Origin: a virus
Lineage: Duplodnaviria > Caudoviricetes
IMG/VR virus record: IMGVR_UViG_3300042868_004434
Location: 1-54,314 of that record
DNA length: 54,314 nt
Strand: one strand, 5' to 3'
Numbering within the stretch: the first letter of the stretch is position 1; each line of letters starts with the position of its first letter. Under the pieces are notes generated by a model. That model made no database searches. It was given only the letters and a program-made list of their open reading frames with translations, and was not told the DNA's origin. Positions 8,594 to 17,200 of the stretch are shown here, piece by piece. The translations under genes and the position numbers were made by a program.

Positions 8594-8787
8594 ATACTTA
8601 TGCACTATGTTTGTACCGCGTATTGTGCGCGGTACTTATGCACTATGGCCGAACTTCCGTACATTGCGTGAGCGTTCGAGGGGGCGCGGCCTATTCCAAC
8701 CACAGCACATCATCGTGCCCGGCGCATATAGCCGCCGCGCCGCATTAACCCATAGCCACAACTACGTGTAACAACCAAGGAACTAAC

Positions 8788-9003
8788 ATGCACCCCACAC
8801 CCCAACCCACGTATGAACTTTACCGCGCTTGGGTAAACCAACCAAGTACCCTGCAACCCCGCCATGACTTGCACGGACGCCACTGCGTATGCCTAGATAC
8901 TGGAGCTGATACGGTACGCTTGTACTTCACCGAAGGGGCACTGCACTCAACACTGGCACCCAGAGAGTGTATTGCGCGCGTCAAACTGAGCAGCGCAGGT
9001 TAG
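8788..9003 (+). CDS. Hypothetical protein
   Basis: AAGGA RBS, 71 aa; its stop codon lies inside palindrome copy 2. Confidence 0.6.
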   Translation: MHPTPQPTYELYRAWVNQPSTLQPRHDLHGRHCVCLDTGADTVRLYFTEGALHSTLAPRECIARVKLSSAG

Positions 9004-9015
9004 AACCTTCTAACC
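8998..9015. repeat. Palindrome copy 2 (2-nt spacer: GGTTAGAA-CC-TTCTAACC)
   Basis: Read directly. Confidence 0.85.
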
Positions 9016-9104
9016 CGTGAGCCTAGCCCATCGCCTTGCTTGTCAGGGCTTTGGGGTGTGCTTACTCGCCCATACTGGGCGGGCACAACCATTGGAGATT
9101 CAAT

Positions 9105-9356
9105 ATGACTACTCGTTTCATTCGCACCGGCATGATGGCATACATGGGCCTGACCGAGGCACTAGCCCGCGAGACCCCCGCGCCCGCACAACAAGCCGTT
9201 CTCTTTGGTGTACCCAAGCTACGCGCTTACGCTAACGTACCCAGCACTCATGGCTTGCGCCGCAACGTCTATGACCACAACCCCGTGCAAGTAACCTATG
9301 TACGCAGAACGGTAAGAAGCACCCGTGTAACCTATGCATACAATACGTTTGCATAG
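9105..9356 (+). CDS. Hypothetical protein
   Basis: GGAG RBS, ATG 9105, 83 aa. Confidence 0.55.
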   Translation: MTTRFIRTGMMAYMGLTEALARETPAPAQQAVLFGVPKLRAYANVPSTHGLRRNVYDHNPVQVTYVRRTVRSTRVTYAYNTFA

Positions 9357-9462
9357 CTATTTCTAACCTATGCGGGGTGTATGTACGGCTAAAAGTGCGT
9401 AGCTGAAACCACTTTTTTTATTACGCATCTTTTCCAGCGTACTGCCACCCCGTTTTTAAGCG

Positions 9463-9475
9463 TAAGTCGTTGATT
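9463..9475 (-). promoter_or_regulatory. IHF-consensus binding site
   Basis: Reverse complement AATCAACGACTTA matches WATCAANNNNTTR, inside a 450-bp non-coding gap. Confidence 0.5.
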
Positions 9476-9484
9476 CATAAGCGC

Positions 9485-9501
9485 GGTTAGATTTTCTAAC
9501 C
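9485..9501. repeat. Palindrome copy 3 (variant GGTTAGATTTTCTAACC)
   Basis: Read directly; two differences from the consensus. Confidence 0.8.
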
Positions 9502-9809
9502 CTTACTTACCTTACAATAACATTATTATATATATACACATGAGAGAACGTATATGTACGTGTAGGTGTATAAAGCTATGCACTCTAGGTGCAATTACCA
9601 TGTGCGTTCATAGCTTCCTCCGTACAAACGCATGCATAATTATTTCGCGGCGCCACCCCAAAACTGTACAAAATTCAGACCAGAAGTGAGCATCCATGCG
9701 GGTTTTTGCCCGGCAAAAGGCCTGTTTTTGACTACGCATTTTGAGGCCGTTCTTGCACTCGCCTGCGTTTTAATATTCTGTACACACAACCTATGAAACC
9801 TGATGTACA

Positions 9810-10778
9810 ATGCAATTCTCTATAACTTCCACGAAAGTGACACCTCCCATGCGACCAACCACCATACAACGCGTAACAAACGTAATGCGTAGCTTCCCCG
9901 AAATCCAACCGCACGTCATACACGCCGTGACCGCCGCGCTCTCTACAACAAACAAAGAGGTGCGTACTGATAGTAAATGGAAAGCTATGCTCTCCGCGCT
10001 AGCAACTGACCGACGCTCTATATCTCAAAACATGGGTAAGCGTAGCGAAGATATGCGCCCGCTATACGAAGAATACCTATGCATAATGGACGCGGTAAAA
10101 GAAAAAATGTGCATAGCTTCTCTTACTCAGTCGCCCAGCGAAGCCCACGCCGCAGCACTCAAAGCCAACGAAGTGCGCGTACTAGAAGGCAAAGCGCCCA
10201 ACGGCACGAACTCCTCACACTGGCCGACATGGGTACCGCCGCGCATCCGCGACGCGTTCATAACCAAACTGAGCGCCACCTATGCGCGCACGCACCAACG
10301 CCAGGGTACACGCTTCACCCCCTTCATGACCGCCACGCACCGCAAGTACACCAAACAAGTGATGGACAACACACTGGCCACGATCAAGCGCATAAGGAGC
10401 ACTCATGCTTCGGTAGAAGGGGGAACCTCGGGCTACACACCGTACCGGGCTCTGTATCTCTGCGCTGCACGGATGGCGGAGAAGGCCCTATATACAAGGC
10501 TCAAGGGGTACGAGCTAGGCACACACAACACCATCGACCACCCGCTGCCTGTGAACTGGCTTGCCTTACTTGACGCACCGATGCGCGCGAGATTGCGCGA
10601 GGCACAGGTGAACCCCAACGCCGTGAGCCTTGAAGGCCTTGACCACTTCTACGAGCCGCCACGCGGCATCGACCCGGGCGAGGCACTGCCGGAGCTAGCC
10701 GACGAAGACAAAGCCCACGCGCAAGAGCACGGGTTAGAACTTCTAACCGACGACAACCAAGAAGGAGAAGAGATATGA
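9810..10778 (+). CDS. Hypothetical protein (322 aa)
   Basis: Long ORF; no family recognised; start uncertain. Confidence 0.7.
   Translation: MQFSITSTKVTPPMRPTTIQRVTNVMRSFPEIQPHVIHAVTAALSTTNKEVRTDSKWKAMLSALATDRRSISQNMGKRSEDMRPLYEEYLCIMDAVKEKMCIASLTQSPSEAHAAALKANEVRVLEGKAPNGTNSSHWPTWVPPRIRDAFITKLSATYARTHQRQGTRFTPFMTATHRKYTKQVMDNTLATIKRIRSTHASVEGGTSGYTPYRALYLCAARMAEKALYTRLKGYELGTHNTIDHPLPVNWLALLDAPMRARLREAQVNPNAVSLEGLDHFYEPPRGIDPGEALPELADEDKAHAQEHGLELLTDDNQEGEEI
10732..10748. repeat. Palindrome copy 4 (inside the 3' end of CDS 9810-10778)
   Basis: Exact GGTTAGAACTTCTAACC. Confidence 0.9.
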
Positions 10779-10922
10779 AACCCCACATATATATATATAG
10801 TTAACGGACGCTGGACGTGGGACTACTATGGCAAAGCACAAGCGTCGCTGGGAACACTGCGGGAATTAGTACGCATGAACGTAGCCGCAGCCATATTCTG
10901 CAACCGAGCCAACCAAGAGTAA
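10775..10922 (+). pseudogene. Small gene frameshifted at an (AT)n tract
   Basis: AAGGAG RBS and ATGA overlap; MKPHIYIYS* stops early, but the frame from 10800 continues VNGRWTWDYYG...FCNRANQE*; a 13-nt AT tract at 10787-10799 links the two. Confidence 0.5.
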
Positions 10923-10981
10923 ACACCGCTGCCAGTCGGCCACTGGCGATACAACGGGGGACACACCCCAAGGAGATTGAC

Positions 10982-11230
10982 ATGACAAACCCGCACCTAC
11001 TACCACAACCCGTGATGACACACGAGGTACACATACGCAGGGGCAGACTGATAAACACAGACCCGCAACGCCGATGCTACAACGGAGCCTACTTCAGCAG
11101 TCATATAGAGTGGAGTGAATGGGAGCATTGGGACGACGCACCGTCCGAGGAAGCTGCACAGCTAACCGCGCGCCTGTTTGCACGGGACACCCAGCAGTTG
11201 AAGGTCGTAGCTAAGGGAGCTTCAAAATGA
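10982..11230 (+). CDS. Hypothetical protein
   Basis: AAGGAG RBS, 82 aa, NTDPQRRCYNG motif. Confidence 0.65.
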   Translation: MTNPHLLPQPVMTHEVHIRRGRLINTDPQRRCYNGAYFSSHIEWSEWEHWDDAPSEEAAQLTARLFARDTQQLKVVAKGASK

Positions 11231-11613
11231 AAATCAAAACGAGTGAACTAACAGGCGCTGCCCTTGACTGGGCGGTACACATTGCCCTGCATGGCGCGTG
11301 TAAAGGCTATGCCGAACACCAGTATTCAACCGACTGGTCACAAGGTGGGCCGATCATTGAGCGGGAGGGTATCACTACCGCATTTTGCAGTGGTGATTTG
11401 GGTGAGCCGCGAACCTACTGGATTGCAACTAATGAGCAGCAATCGTGGGATTACGGTTACGGCCCATACCATGAACAAGATGAAGATAGGTCTTTGTGCA
11501 TCTCAAAGCCTAATGTAACCAAAGGCCCCACACCACTAACCGCAGCCATGCGCTGCTATGTGGCAAGCAAACTAGGTGATGCAGTGGAGGCGCCCGATGA
11601 CCTTACAAGTTAA
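11227..11613 (+). CDS. NinX/DUF2591-family phage protein
   Basis: ELTGAALDWAV, YSTDWSQGGPIIEREGI, GPTPLTAAMRCYVASKLG. Confidence 0.75.
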   Translation: MKIKTSELTGAALDWAVHIALHGACKGYAEHQYSTDWSQGGPIIEREGITTAFCSGDLGEPRTYWIATNEQQSWDYGYGPYHEQDEDRSLCISKPNVTKGPTPLTAAMRCYVASKLGDAVEAPDDLTS

Positions 11614-11812
11614 CCGCCAAATATCGGGCAGCTCCTGCGTGATATACAAACACCGCGAGCACTACATAGATGTTCGAACTAGCGTGCGCAGCACGCGCTA
11701 CCACAGTGCAGAATGCGTGCGTAACGGGCAGGTGTATCGTAGAGTAGACATCGACTTGGCGGGGGATGCGCCAGAGCAGATAGTGCAACTTGTAAGAGAG
11801 GAACTACTATGA
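11597..11812 (+). CDS. Hypothetical protein
   Basis: GGAGG RBS, 71 aa, overlaps both neighbours. Confidence 0.55.
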   Translation: MTLQVNRQISGSSCVIYKHREHYIDVRTSVRSTRYHSAECVRNGQVYRRVDIDLAGDAPEQIVQLVREELL

Positions 11813-12012
11813 CCGCAGACCGACGACCGCGTAACCGCCCGAAGGCACAGCGCTTACCCGACGGGAGATACCTTCGCTGGAGCTGGCGCTATTCAGCATG
11901 GCAGGTGCAGTCCGGCCCGCTGCGCGAGTGGAGGAACATCCGCCCTGAGCTGGCACGCTGCTACGCCGCCGCTGGGTTCCCCATAGGTACGCACGGAACG
12001 GTAAGAGAGTAA
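11809..12012 (+). CDS. Hypothetical protein
   Basis: GAGG RBS, ATGA overlap, 67 aa. Confidence 0.55.
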   Translation: MTADRRPRNRPKAQRLPDGRYLRWSWRYSAWQVQSGPLREWRNIRPELARCYAAAGFPIGTHGTVRE

Positions 12013-12044
12013 ACAGCACTCATTAATCAAACCGGAGGTATACG

Positions 12045-12203
12045 ATGAAACCATCCACACAAGACGAAGTATTTGCAGCCAAAGCAAGGCAGTTGGCACA
12101 CACCGCCGAGATGGCGCGGGAAGAGGCCGAGCAGTATGCAAGGGACATAACCGACAAAAAGCTGCGCAAGCAGGTAATGGACGAGCTGGATATATACGAC
12201 TGA
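12045..12203 (+). CDS. Small hypothetical protein (52 aa)
   Basis: Read by hand: GGAGG RBS, MKPSTQDEVF...MDELDIYD*. Confidence 0.6.
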   Translation: MKPSTQDEVFAAKARQLAHTAEMAREEAEQYARDITDKKLRKQVMDELDIYD

Positions 12204-12207
12204 ACCC

Positions 12208-12224
12208 GGTTAGAACTTCTAACC
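12208..12224. repeat. Palindrome copy 5
   Basis: Exact; preceded by AACCC as in copy 6. Confidence 0.9.
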
Positions 12225-12242
12225 ATAACCAAGGAGATTGAC

Positions 12243-12467
12243 ATGGATGTAAAAGAAAAGTTTGTTGCTTTTTGCGTGAAGCAGATACCTGTGTGCGAAG
12301 ACGACGAAGACCTTGAAGACGACGAAGACCTTGAAGACGACGAAGACCTTGAAGACGACGAAGACGACGGCGTTTCACTTACACAAGCGGTGATATTTGC
12401 CTTTTTACAACTGGCCGCCGTTGGTGCAGCGATAGCAGCGCTTACGTGCCTCGCGCTATATCTGTAA
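12243..12467 (+). CDS. Small acidic protein with a C-terminal transmembrane anchor
   Basis: 74 aa; (EDDEDL)x3 tract then a hydrophobic tail; AAGGAG RBS. Confidence 0.65.
   Translation: MDVKEKFVAFCVKQIPVCEDDEDLEDDEDLEDDEDLEDDEDDGVSLTQAVIFAFLQLAAVGAAIAALTCLALYL
12297..12365 (+). repeat. 18-bp tandem repeat GAAGACGACGAAGACCTT, about 3.8 copies
   Basis: Read directly; in frame. Confidence 0.9.
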
Positions 12468-12470
12468 CCC

Positions 12471-12487
12471 GGTTAGAACTTCTAACC
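12471..12487. repeat. Palindrome copy 6
   Basis: Exact GGTTAGAACTTCTAACC. Confidence 0.9.
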
Positions 12488-12543
12488 ACACCGCGACTGG
12501 TCGGACACCAGTAACAAACGCCCACAGAGGCATGGAGATTGAC

Positions 12544-13989
12544 ATGAACTACGACATACATTTTCAACATATATGGAACCTAGCGGCAAGCGCTATACGC
12601 CACACAACACGCCTAGCCCGCCTCGGCGTGACGGGTACTGAACCCCGGCAGTGGTGGATAGACCTCGCGGACAAGTACAGGCTACACCCCGTGATAATGC
12701 GCATCATCAAAGAAGGCGTACGTCCAATGGACTGGCAACAGCTACTATTAGAGTGGCCACACGTCAGCACCGAGGACGAGACACAGATCGCTTACACACG
12801 CGACGAGGCCAAGGGCAAGGCAGACGTGCAGACACGCACGAGCATAGGTAAGTACTTAAGCCGTCACTGGCCCCATGTACCAGACCACGAGCGCAGGGAT
12901 TGGGCAGGCACGTTCACACCCGCGAAGTATGAGATGCGCGACACGATGGAGGGGATCATCTGTGGCATAGAGTTCGGGCCGCAGTCGTGTATGAAGTCTT
13001 CGCATGGTGGTATCCCGTTCAATGATGTGAACCACGAGCAGTTGGTGTGCTGGCAGACAGACAAGAGCGTGAACGTGCCTTGGCACCGGCACCCGTACTC
13101 GGTGTATGACCCCAAGCTGGGCTGGAGGATGGCTGTGCGTATTGACCCGGGCCGTCCCGATATAGTCATGGGCCGCGCGCTGGTGTTTGTTGATGACGAC
13201 AACGATAGCAAGGTATTCGTGCGCAGCTATCAGCGCAACTCCGCAGGCGACCACTGCAACTCAGGCAGTGACGAGAAGCTGGAGACGTGGCTACGTGACC
13301 AAGGCGTGTGCAAGCAAAGCGAGTGGGATGATGGGACACCTGTTAAACACATGCAGCACCCGAACGGCGACAACATCATGATGCCATACCTTGACGGTGG
13401 TACACAGAACGCGACGCTGCGCAACGGCTATGTCGAGATAGAAAGCGACGGCGACCTTGACTGCACCAACACCGACGGTACTGCGGGGGAGGAAGAGGGA
13501 AGCATAGGCGACTGCGAAGACTGCGGCACGACAGTGCGCGAGGGCGACGACTACATGCACGCAGAGTATCACGAAGACCGTCTTGTATGTGACTGCTGCC
13601 GCAGCGACTACACGTATGTCGAGGGTGGCCGTGGTGCAAGGGAGTACTACGTGCGGGACGAACAAGCTATCGAAGTGAGCGGTAACTGGTACGACAGCGA
13701 GAACCTGCCGGACTCTATCGTAGGACTGCACGATGGTGAGTATGCACACCAAGACGACGTGGTGTATATCGAGTCATGCGAAGCGTACTATTTAGCCGAA
13801 GACGAGGACGTGTGTATCACAGCGGACGGCGAGTGGCAGCTACGTGAGGACTGCGTTAAGTGCGATGACGGCGAGTGGCGCTTGACTGACGACTGCGTTG
13901 AAGTGGACGGCGAGTGGTACGAGGAAGGTACCGAGCCGGACGAAGAAGACGAGACACAAATGGAATTACCCCTAGGAGAAACGAAATGA
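12544..13989 (+). CDS. Hypothetical protein with an acidic Cys-rich C-terminal repeat region
   Basis: 481 aa; GPQSCM, GRALV, PYLDG motifs; CEDC and CDCC followed by repeated D/E-G-E-W/Y units. Confidence 0.75.
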   Translation: MNYDIHFQHIWNLAASAIRHTTRLARLGVTGTEPRQWWIDLADKYRLHPVIMRIIKEGVRPMDWQQLLLEWPHVSTEDETQIAYTRDEAKGKADVQTRTSIGKYLSRHWPHVPDHERRDWAGTFTPAKYEMRDTMEGIICGIEFGPQSCMKSSHGGIPFNDVNHEQLVCWQTDKSVNVPWHRHPYSVYDPKLGWRMAVRIDPGRPDIVMGRALVFVDDDNDSKVFVRSYQRNSAGDHCNSGSDEKLETWLRDQGVCKQSEWDDGTPVKHMQHPNGDNIMMPYLDGGTQNATLRNGYVEIESDGDLDCTNTDGTAGEEEGSIGDCEDCGTTVREGDDYMHAEYHEDRLVCDCCRSDYTYVEGGRGAREYYVRDEQAIEVSGNWYDSENLPDSIVGLHDGEYAHQDDVVYIESCEAYYLAEDEDVCITADGEWQLREDCVKCDDGEWRLTDDCVEVDGEWYEEGTEPDEEDETQMELPLGETK

Positions 13990-15146
13990 GCAAGACCAAT
14001 ACCATGACGGCGTATGCCAAACCCACCTACGCGCATACTGCGCTGCCCTTACTAACAGCCGAGGACGTGCCGAACAACACAGTCATGCAAACACTGTACC
14101 GTGCATGTAGTGTGCGCCGCGCATCCGGTAGCTTGACCGAGGGACAGTTCGTGGCGTGGCTATGCGCGCGCTTACCTGTGACGCTGATAGATGAGGCGGG
14201 GAACATCCACGTCGATACACGCACAGGGCCGCACAACCGCACGATGTTCACAAGCCACACTGATACGGTGCACCGCGACGGAGGGGCCAACGCTGTCCGG
14301 TTAGACACGTCTAACCCACTGGCTATCAAGTGGCGCGCGGATGACGGGAGCTGTCTAGGCGCGGACGATGGCGCGGGGATAGCACTCATGGTGCACATGA
14401 TAGAGGCAGGTGTGAAAGGTCTGTTCGTGTTCTTCCGTGGCGAAGAGGTAGGCGGTGTGGGCTCCTCGTGGCTTGCAGACACGCTGCCGCAGTCACTGGC
14501 AGGTATAGACAGGTGTATCAGTCTTGACCGTGCAGGGTATAGCGATGTGATTACCCACCAAGGCGGTGAGCGTTGTAGCTCGGACGCGTTCGCAGAGGCG
14601 CTAGCCAAAGAGTTGACACCAGAGGACTTCTCGATGGCGTTCCTAGCAGATAGCACGGGCGTGTTTACTGACAGCGCCAACCTCACGCGCATAGTGGCTG
14701 AATGCACGAATTGTTCAACCGGGTATTTTTCACAGCACGGTGATGGCGAGTGGCAGGACGTGACGTTCCTGCAGCAGTTGGCCGAGCAGTTGGTGACTGT
14801 GGCATGGGACGACCTGCCTGTAGTGCGCAAGCCCTTCGAAGTGGAGAGGAACGGTAAGAGCAAGGGGGCTTTCCTGCCGCGCTGGGACGACACCTTCAAA
14901 ATCGACGCCTTCGACGAGTTCCTGATCGACGCACTGTACGACGCGGTGGACGACAGCTCTGCGGAGCTACGCGGGATCATTGCCGAGCACCTGATGCCTG
15001 AAGACCCAAGCCAAGCCCTGCCCCACATCCGTGTGGCCAACGTGCACAGCGCGCTACTGGAGGCGTACGCAGACGGCCTGACAGCCGGGGACTACGACAC
15101 TTATCAGATACTTGACATCCTTGCACAAGACTGTCTGGTTAACTAG
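13986..15146 (+). CDS. Zn-dependent M20/M28/M42-clan peptidase-like hydrolase
   Basis: SHTDTVH, LGADDGAG, GEEVGGVGS, ISLDR, FTD and a C-terminal H metal ligand. Confidence 0.8.
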   Translation: MSKTNTMTAYAKPTYAHTALPLLTAEDVPNNTVMQTLYRACSVRRASGSLTEGQFVAWLCARLPVTLIDEAGNIHVDTRTGPHNRTMFTSHTDTVHRDGGANAVRLDTSNPLAIKWRADDGSCLGADDGAGIALMVHMIEAGVKGLFVFFRGEEVGGVGSSWLADTLPQSLAGIDRCISLDRAGYSDVITHQGGERCSSDAFAEALAKELTPEDFSMAFLADSTGVFTDSANLTRIVAECTNCSTGYFSQHGDGEWQDVTFLQQLAEQLVTVAWDDLPVVRKPFEVERNGKSKGAFLPRWDDTFKIDAFDEFLIDALYDAVDDSSAELRGIIAEHLMPEDPSQALPHIRVANVHSALLEAYADGLTAGDYDTYQILDILAQDCLVN

Positions 15147-15158
15147 GGTTTACCCCTA
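15144..15158. promoter_or_regulatory. Dyad motif TAGGG-TTTAC-CCCTA
   Basis: Intergenic; related copies at 20701 and 32002. Confidence 0.45.
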
Positions 15159-15242
15159 CCACTGCGACGCCGTGTCGCAGGCAAAATACACGGTATAACA
15201 AACGTCAGCGAGACTGACACAACCACGAAAGAGAGAAAGACC

Positions 15243-16367
15243 ATGACTAAACAACTCAGCGCAACCCAAGTAAAGAACCTCATCAAAGCTATCGGCGGCA
15301 AGCGCACGGTGCTGGTAGAGGGTGAAGCCGGATCGGGCAAGACTTCCATTCACTACGCGCTAAAGGCAGACCCAGCGTTCGCGGAGTACTACGCCCCTAA
15401 GCCCATCGACTGTACACAGTTGAGCGACGGCAGCGTGTGGATGCCCGACATCGACCGTGCGCGCGGCGTGTCATGCGAGTTGCCAAACGAGCGCTTCGGT
15501 GTCAGTGAAGAGAACCACAAGGGCCTAGAAGGTGCCAAGCCAGCACTCATTTGTCTGGACGAGATCGCCAAGACGCGGCAGTTCATTAAGGACGTGCTGG
15601 CCCCGATCATCTACGAGCGCCGCATTGGTAACTACGAGATGCCCGAGGGTAGCGTAGTGTTTGGCTGCACCAACTTGAGCGAAGAGGGTTTGGGTGACAC
15701 GATGCAGGCGCACTTGCGTAACCGACTGGTGATAGTACAGATGCGCAAGCCAACCAAGGACGAATGGGTGCGTGACTTCGCTATACCGCGCGGGCTTAAT
15801 GCCGAGGTAATTGCCGCTGCGGAGATGTACCCAATGGCGTTCGAGTCGTTCACGGACTACCGCACGGGCGGCGCCAAAGCCGGGCGCAGCCTAGCCAAAG
15901 ACAACCCATACATCATCGACCCCAGCGCGCAGTCGCAGGGCCAAGTGGTGACGCCCCGCTCACTGCACACAGCCAGCGACATCGTTGACGCCAAGGACAG
16001 CATGGACGAGCAGACCCTACAGTGTGCGCTTAGCGGCGCGCTGGGCGATGCGTTCGCGGCCAACATCATGACCATGATCCGCTTTGGCCAACAGTTGCCG
16101 ACGTTCGAGCGTGTGATGGCCGACCCCGGCGGCACGAAGGTACCAGAGAACGCGATGGCGGGCATGGTGCAGATATTTCAGTTCATCAAGCAAGTGCGCG
16201 ACCGTGAGCAGGCCGAGGCTGCAAGCGTGTACGTGGGGCGCATGAAGGAAGAGCTTAAGTCTTTGTTCGTGAACAACATCTGCAACAGCAGTGTGCTGGA
16301 CAAGTTCGGCCTGAGCAAGACCTTCGCTCAGTTGCTGGCCGCTAATCGTCAATACCTAGGAGCATGA
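15243..16367 (+). CDS. MoxR-like AAA+ ATPase
   Basis: Walker A GEAGSGKT, Walker B ICLDE, sensor-1 TN, Arg finger LRNR, sensor-2 TPRS. Confidence 0.85.
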   Translation: MTKQLSATQVKNLIKAIGGKRTVLVEGEAGSGKTSIHYALKADPAFAEYYAPKPIDCTQLSDGSVWMPDIDRARGVSCELPNERFGVSEENHKGLEGAKPALICLDEIAKTRQFIKDVLAPIIYERRIGNYEMPEGSVVFGCTNLSEEGLGDTMQAHLRNRLVIVQMRKPTKDEWVRDFAIPRGLNAEVIAAAEMYPMAFESFTDYRTGGAKAGRSLAKDNPYIIDPSAQSQGQVVTPRSLHTASDIVDAKDSMDEQTLQCALSGALGDAFAANIMTMIRFGQQLPTFERVMADPGGTKVPENAMAGMVQIFQFIKQVRDREQAEAASVYVGRMKEELKSLFVNNICNSSVLDKFGLSKTFAQLLAANRQYLGA

Positions 16368-16368
16368 C

Positions 16369-16692
16369 ATGAACCAAACAGAAAAAGACATGTGCTTTGC
16401 GATGCGTCAGCGACATACCTACTACACATATAACACGGCGGTGAAAGTACACGAAGCACATATGTCGGTACACCTTCACGGTAACCTGATTGCCGAGGTG
16501 TATGACAACGGGGTCGTGCGCGCTACGCTCGCAGGCTGGAACACACCTACTTCACGCAGCCGTATCAATGCTGTCATGCAGTGCTTTGGCGGCAGCGGCA
16601 TAAGCGTTGTCAAGGGCGTGCCTAAGTACGAAGGCAAGCCGCTAGGGCTGCACGAATGGGCTGTTTATTACGGTAAAGAAAAGGAGGTATGA
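16369..16692 (+). CDS. Hypothetical phage protein
   Basis: VHLHGNLIA and GWNTPTSRSRINA motifs; AGGAG RBS. Confidence 0.7.
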   Translation: MNQTEKDMCFAMRQRHTYYTYNTAVKVHEAHMSVHLHGNLIAEVYDNGVVRATLAGWNTPTSRSRINAVMQCFGGSGISVVKGVPKYEGKPLGLHEWAVYYGKEKEV

Positions 16693-16693
16693 C

Positions 16694-17188
16694 ATGGCTA
16701 CAGAGAGCAAGTTCAGCGCGGCCTTCACGTCTCTGATGATACGGCCTTCTGTTGTGCAGGTTAACGGCCCGGCACCCAATGACCTACGCCAGATACAACA
16801 ACTGTACGCAATACTGCAGAACGACGTGACGAAGTTATACGGCTACACAGACGTGTTTCAGGACATGTACGTGCTTAAGCCCGTGCTTGTAGACGGGCGC
16901 ATGCAGATGTATGGGGAACGTGCCATGAGCTCAAAAAGACCAAATCGAAAGTACGGCATCACGCTAAACGTCTACGCACAAGTCAGTGGTTGGAAAAAAC
17001 CCAAGTACGAGTGCGTGCGTTCTGAGACGGTGCCCTTCGGGACATCCCGCAAAGAGCAAGAGAGGGTACTGCAAGCTATGTGCGACATCTACGCAACAAA
17101 AGAGCAGGCAGACTATCGCCTCGTGTGTCCTTGGAAGGGGCTGCACGAGATCAAGCAACATCTACGGCCCGAGAAGGGCCGGTGGTAA
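16694..17188 (+). CDS. Hypothetical protein
   Basis: AAGGAGG RBS, 164 aa. Confidence 0.65.
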   Translation: MATESKFSAAFTSLMIRPSVVQVNGPAPNDLRQIQQLYAILQNDVTKLYGYTDVFQDMYVLKPVLVDGRMQMYGERAMSSKRPNRKYGITLNVYAQVSGWKKPKYECVRSETVPFGTSRKEQERVLQAMCDIYATKEQADYRLVCPWKGLHEIKQHLRPEKGRW

Positions 17189-17200
17189 AGGAGAAACACA

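Noticed and set aside
8595-8647. 15-bp direct repeat TACTTATGCACTATG (8595 and 8633)
   Set aside because: Only two copies and no supporting context; function cannot be argued.
11893-12378. Minus-strand ORF with RRLQGL repeats
   Set aside because: It is the reverse reading of the 18-bp acidic repeat; the plus-strand gene has the RBS and operon context.
8577-12487. Palindromic repeats read as a CRISPR array or as terminators
   Set aside because: Spacing is irregular (hundreds to about 1500 bp) with genes between, loops are 1-2 nt and there are no U tails.
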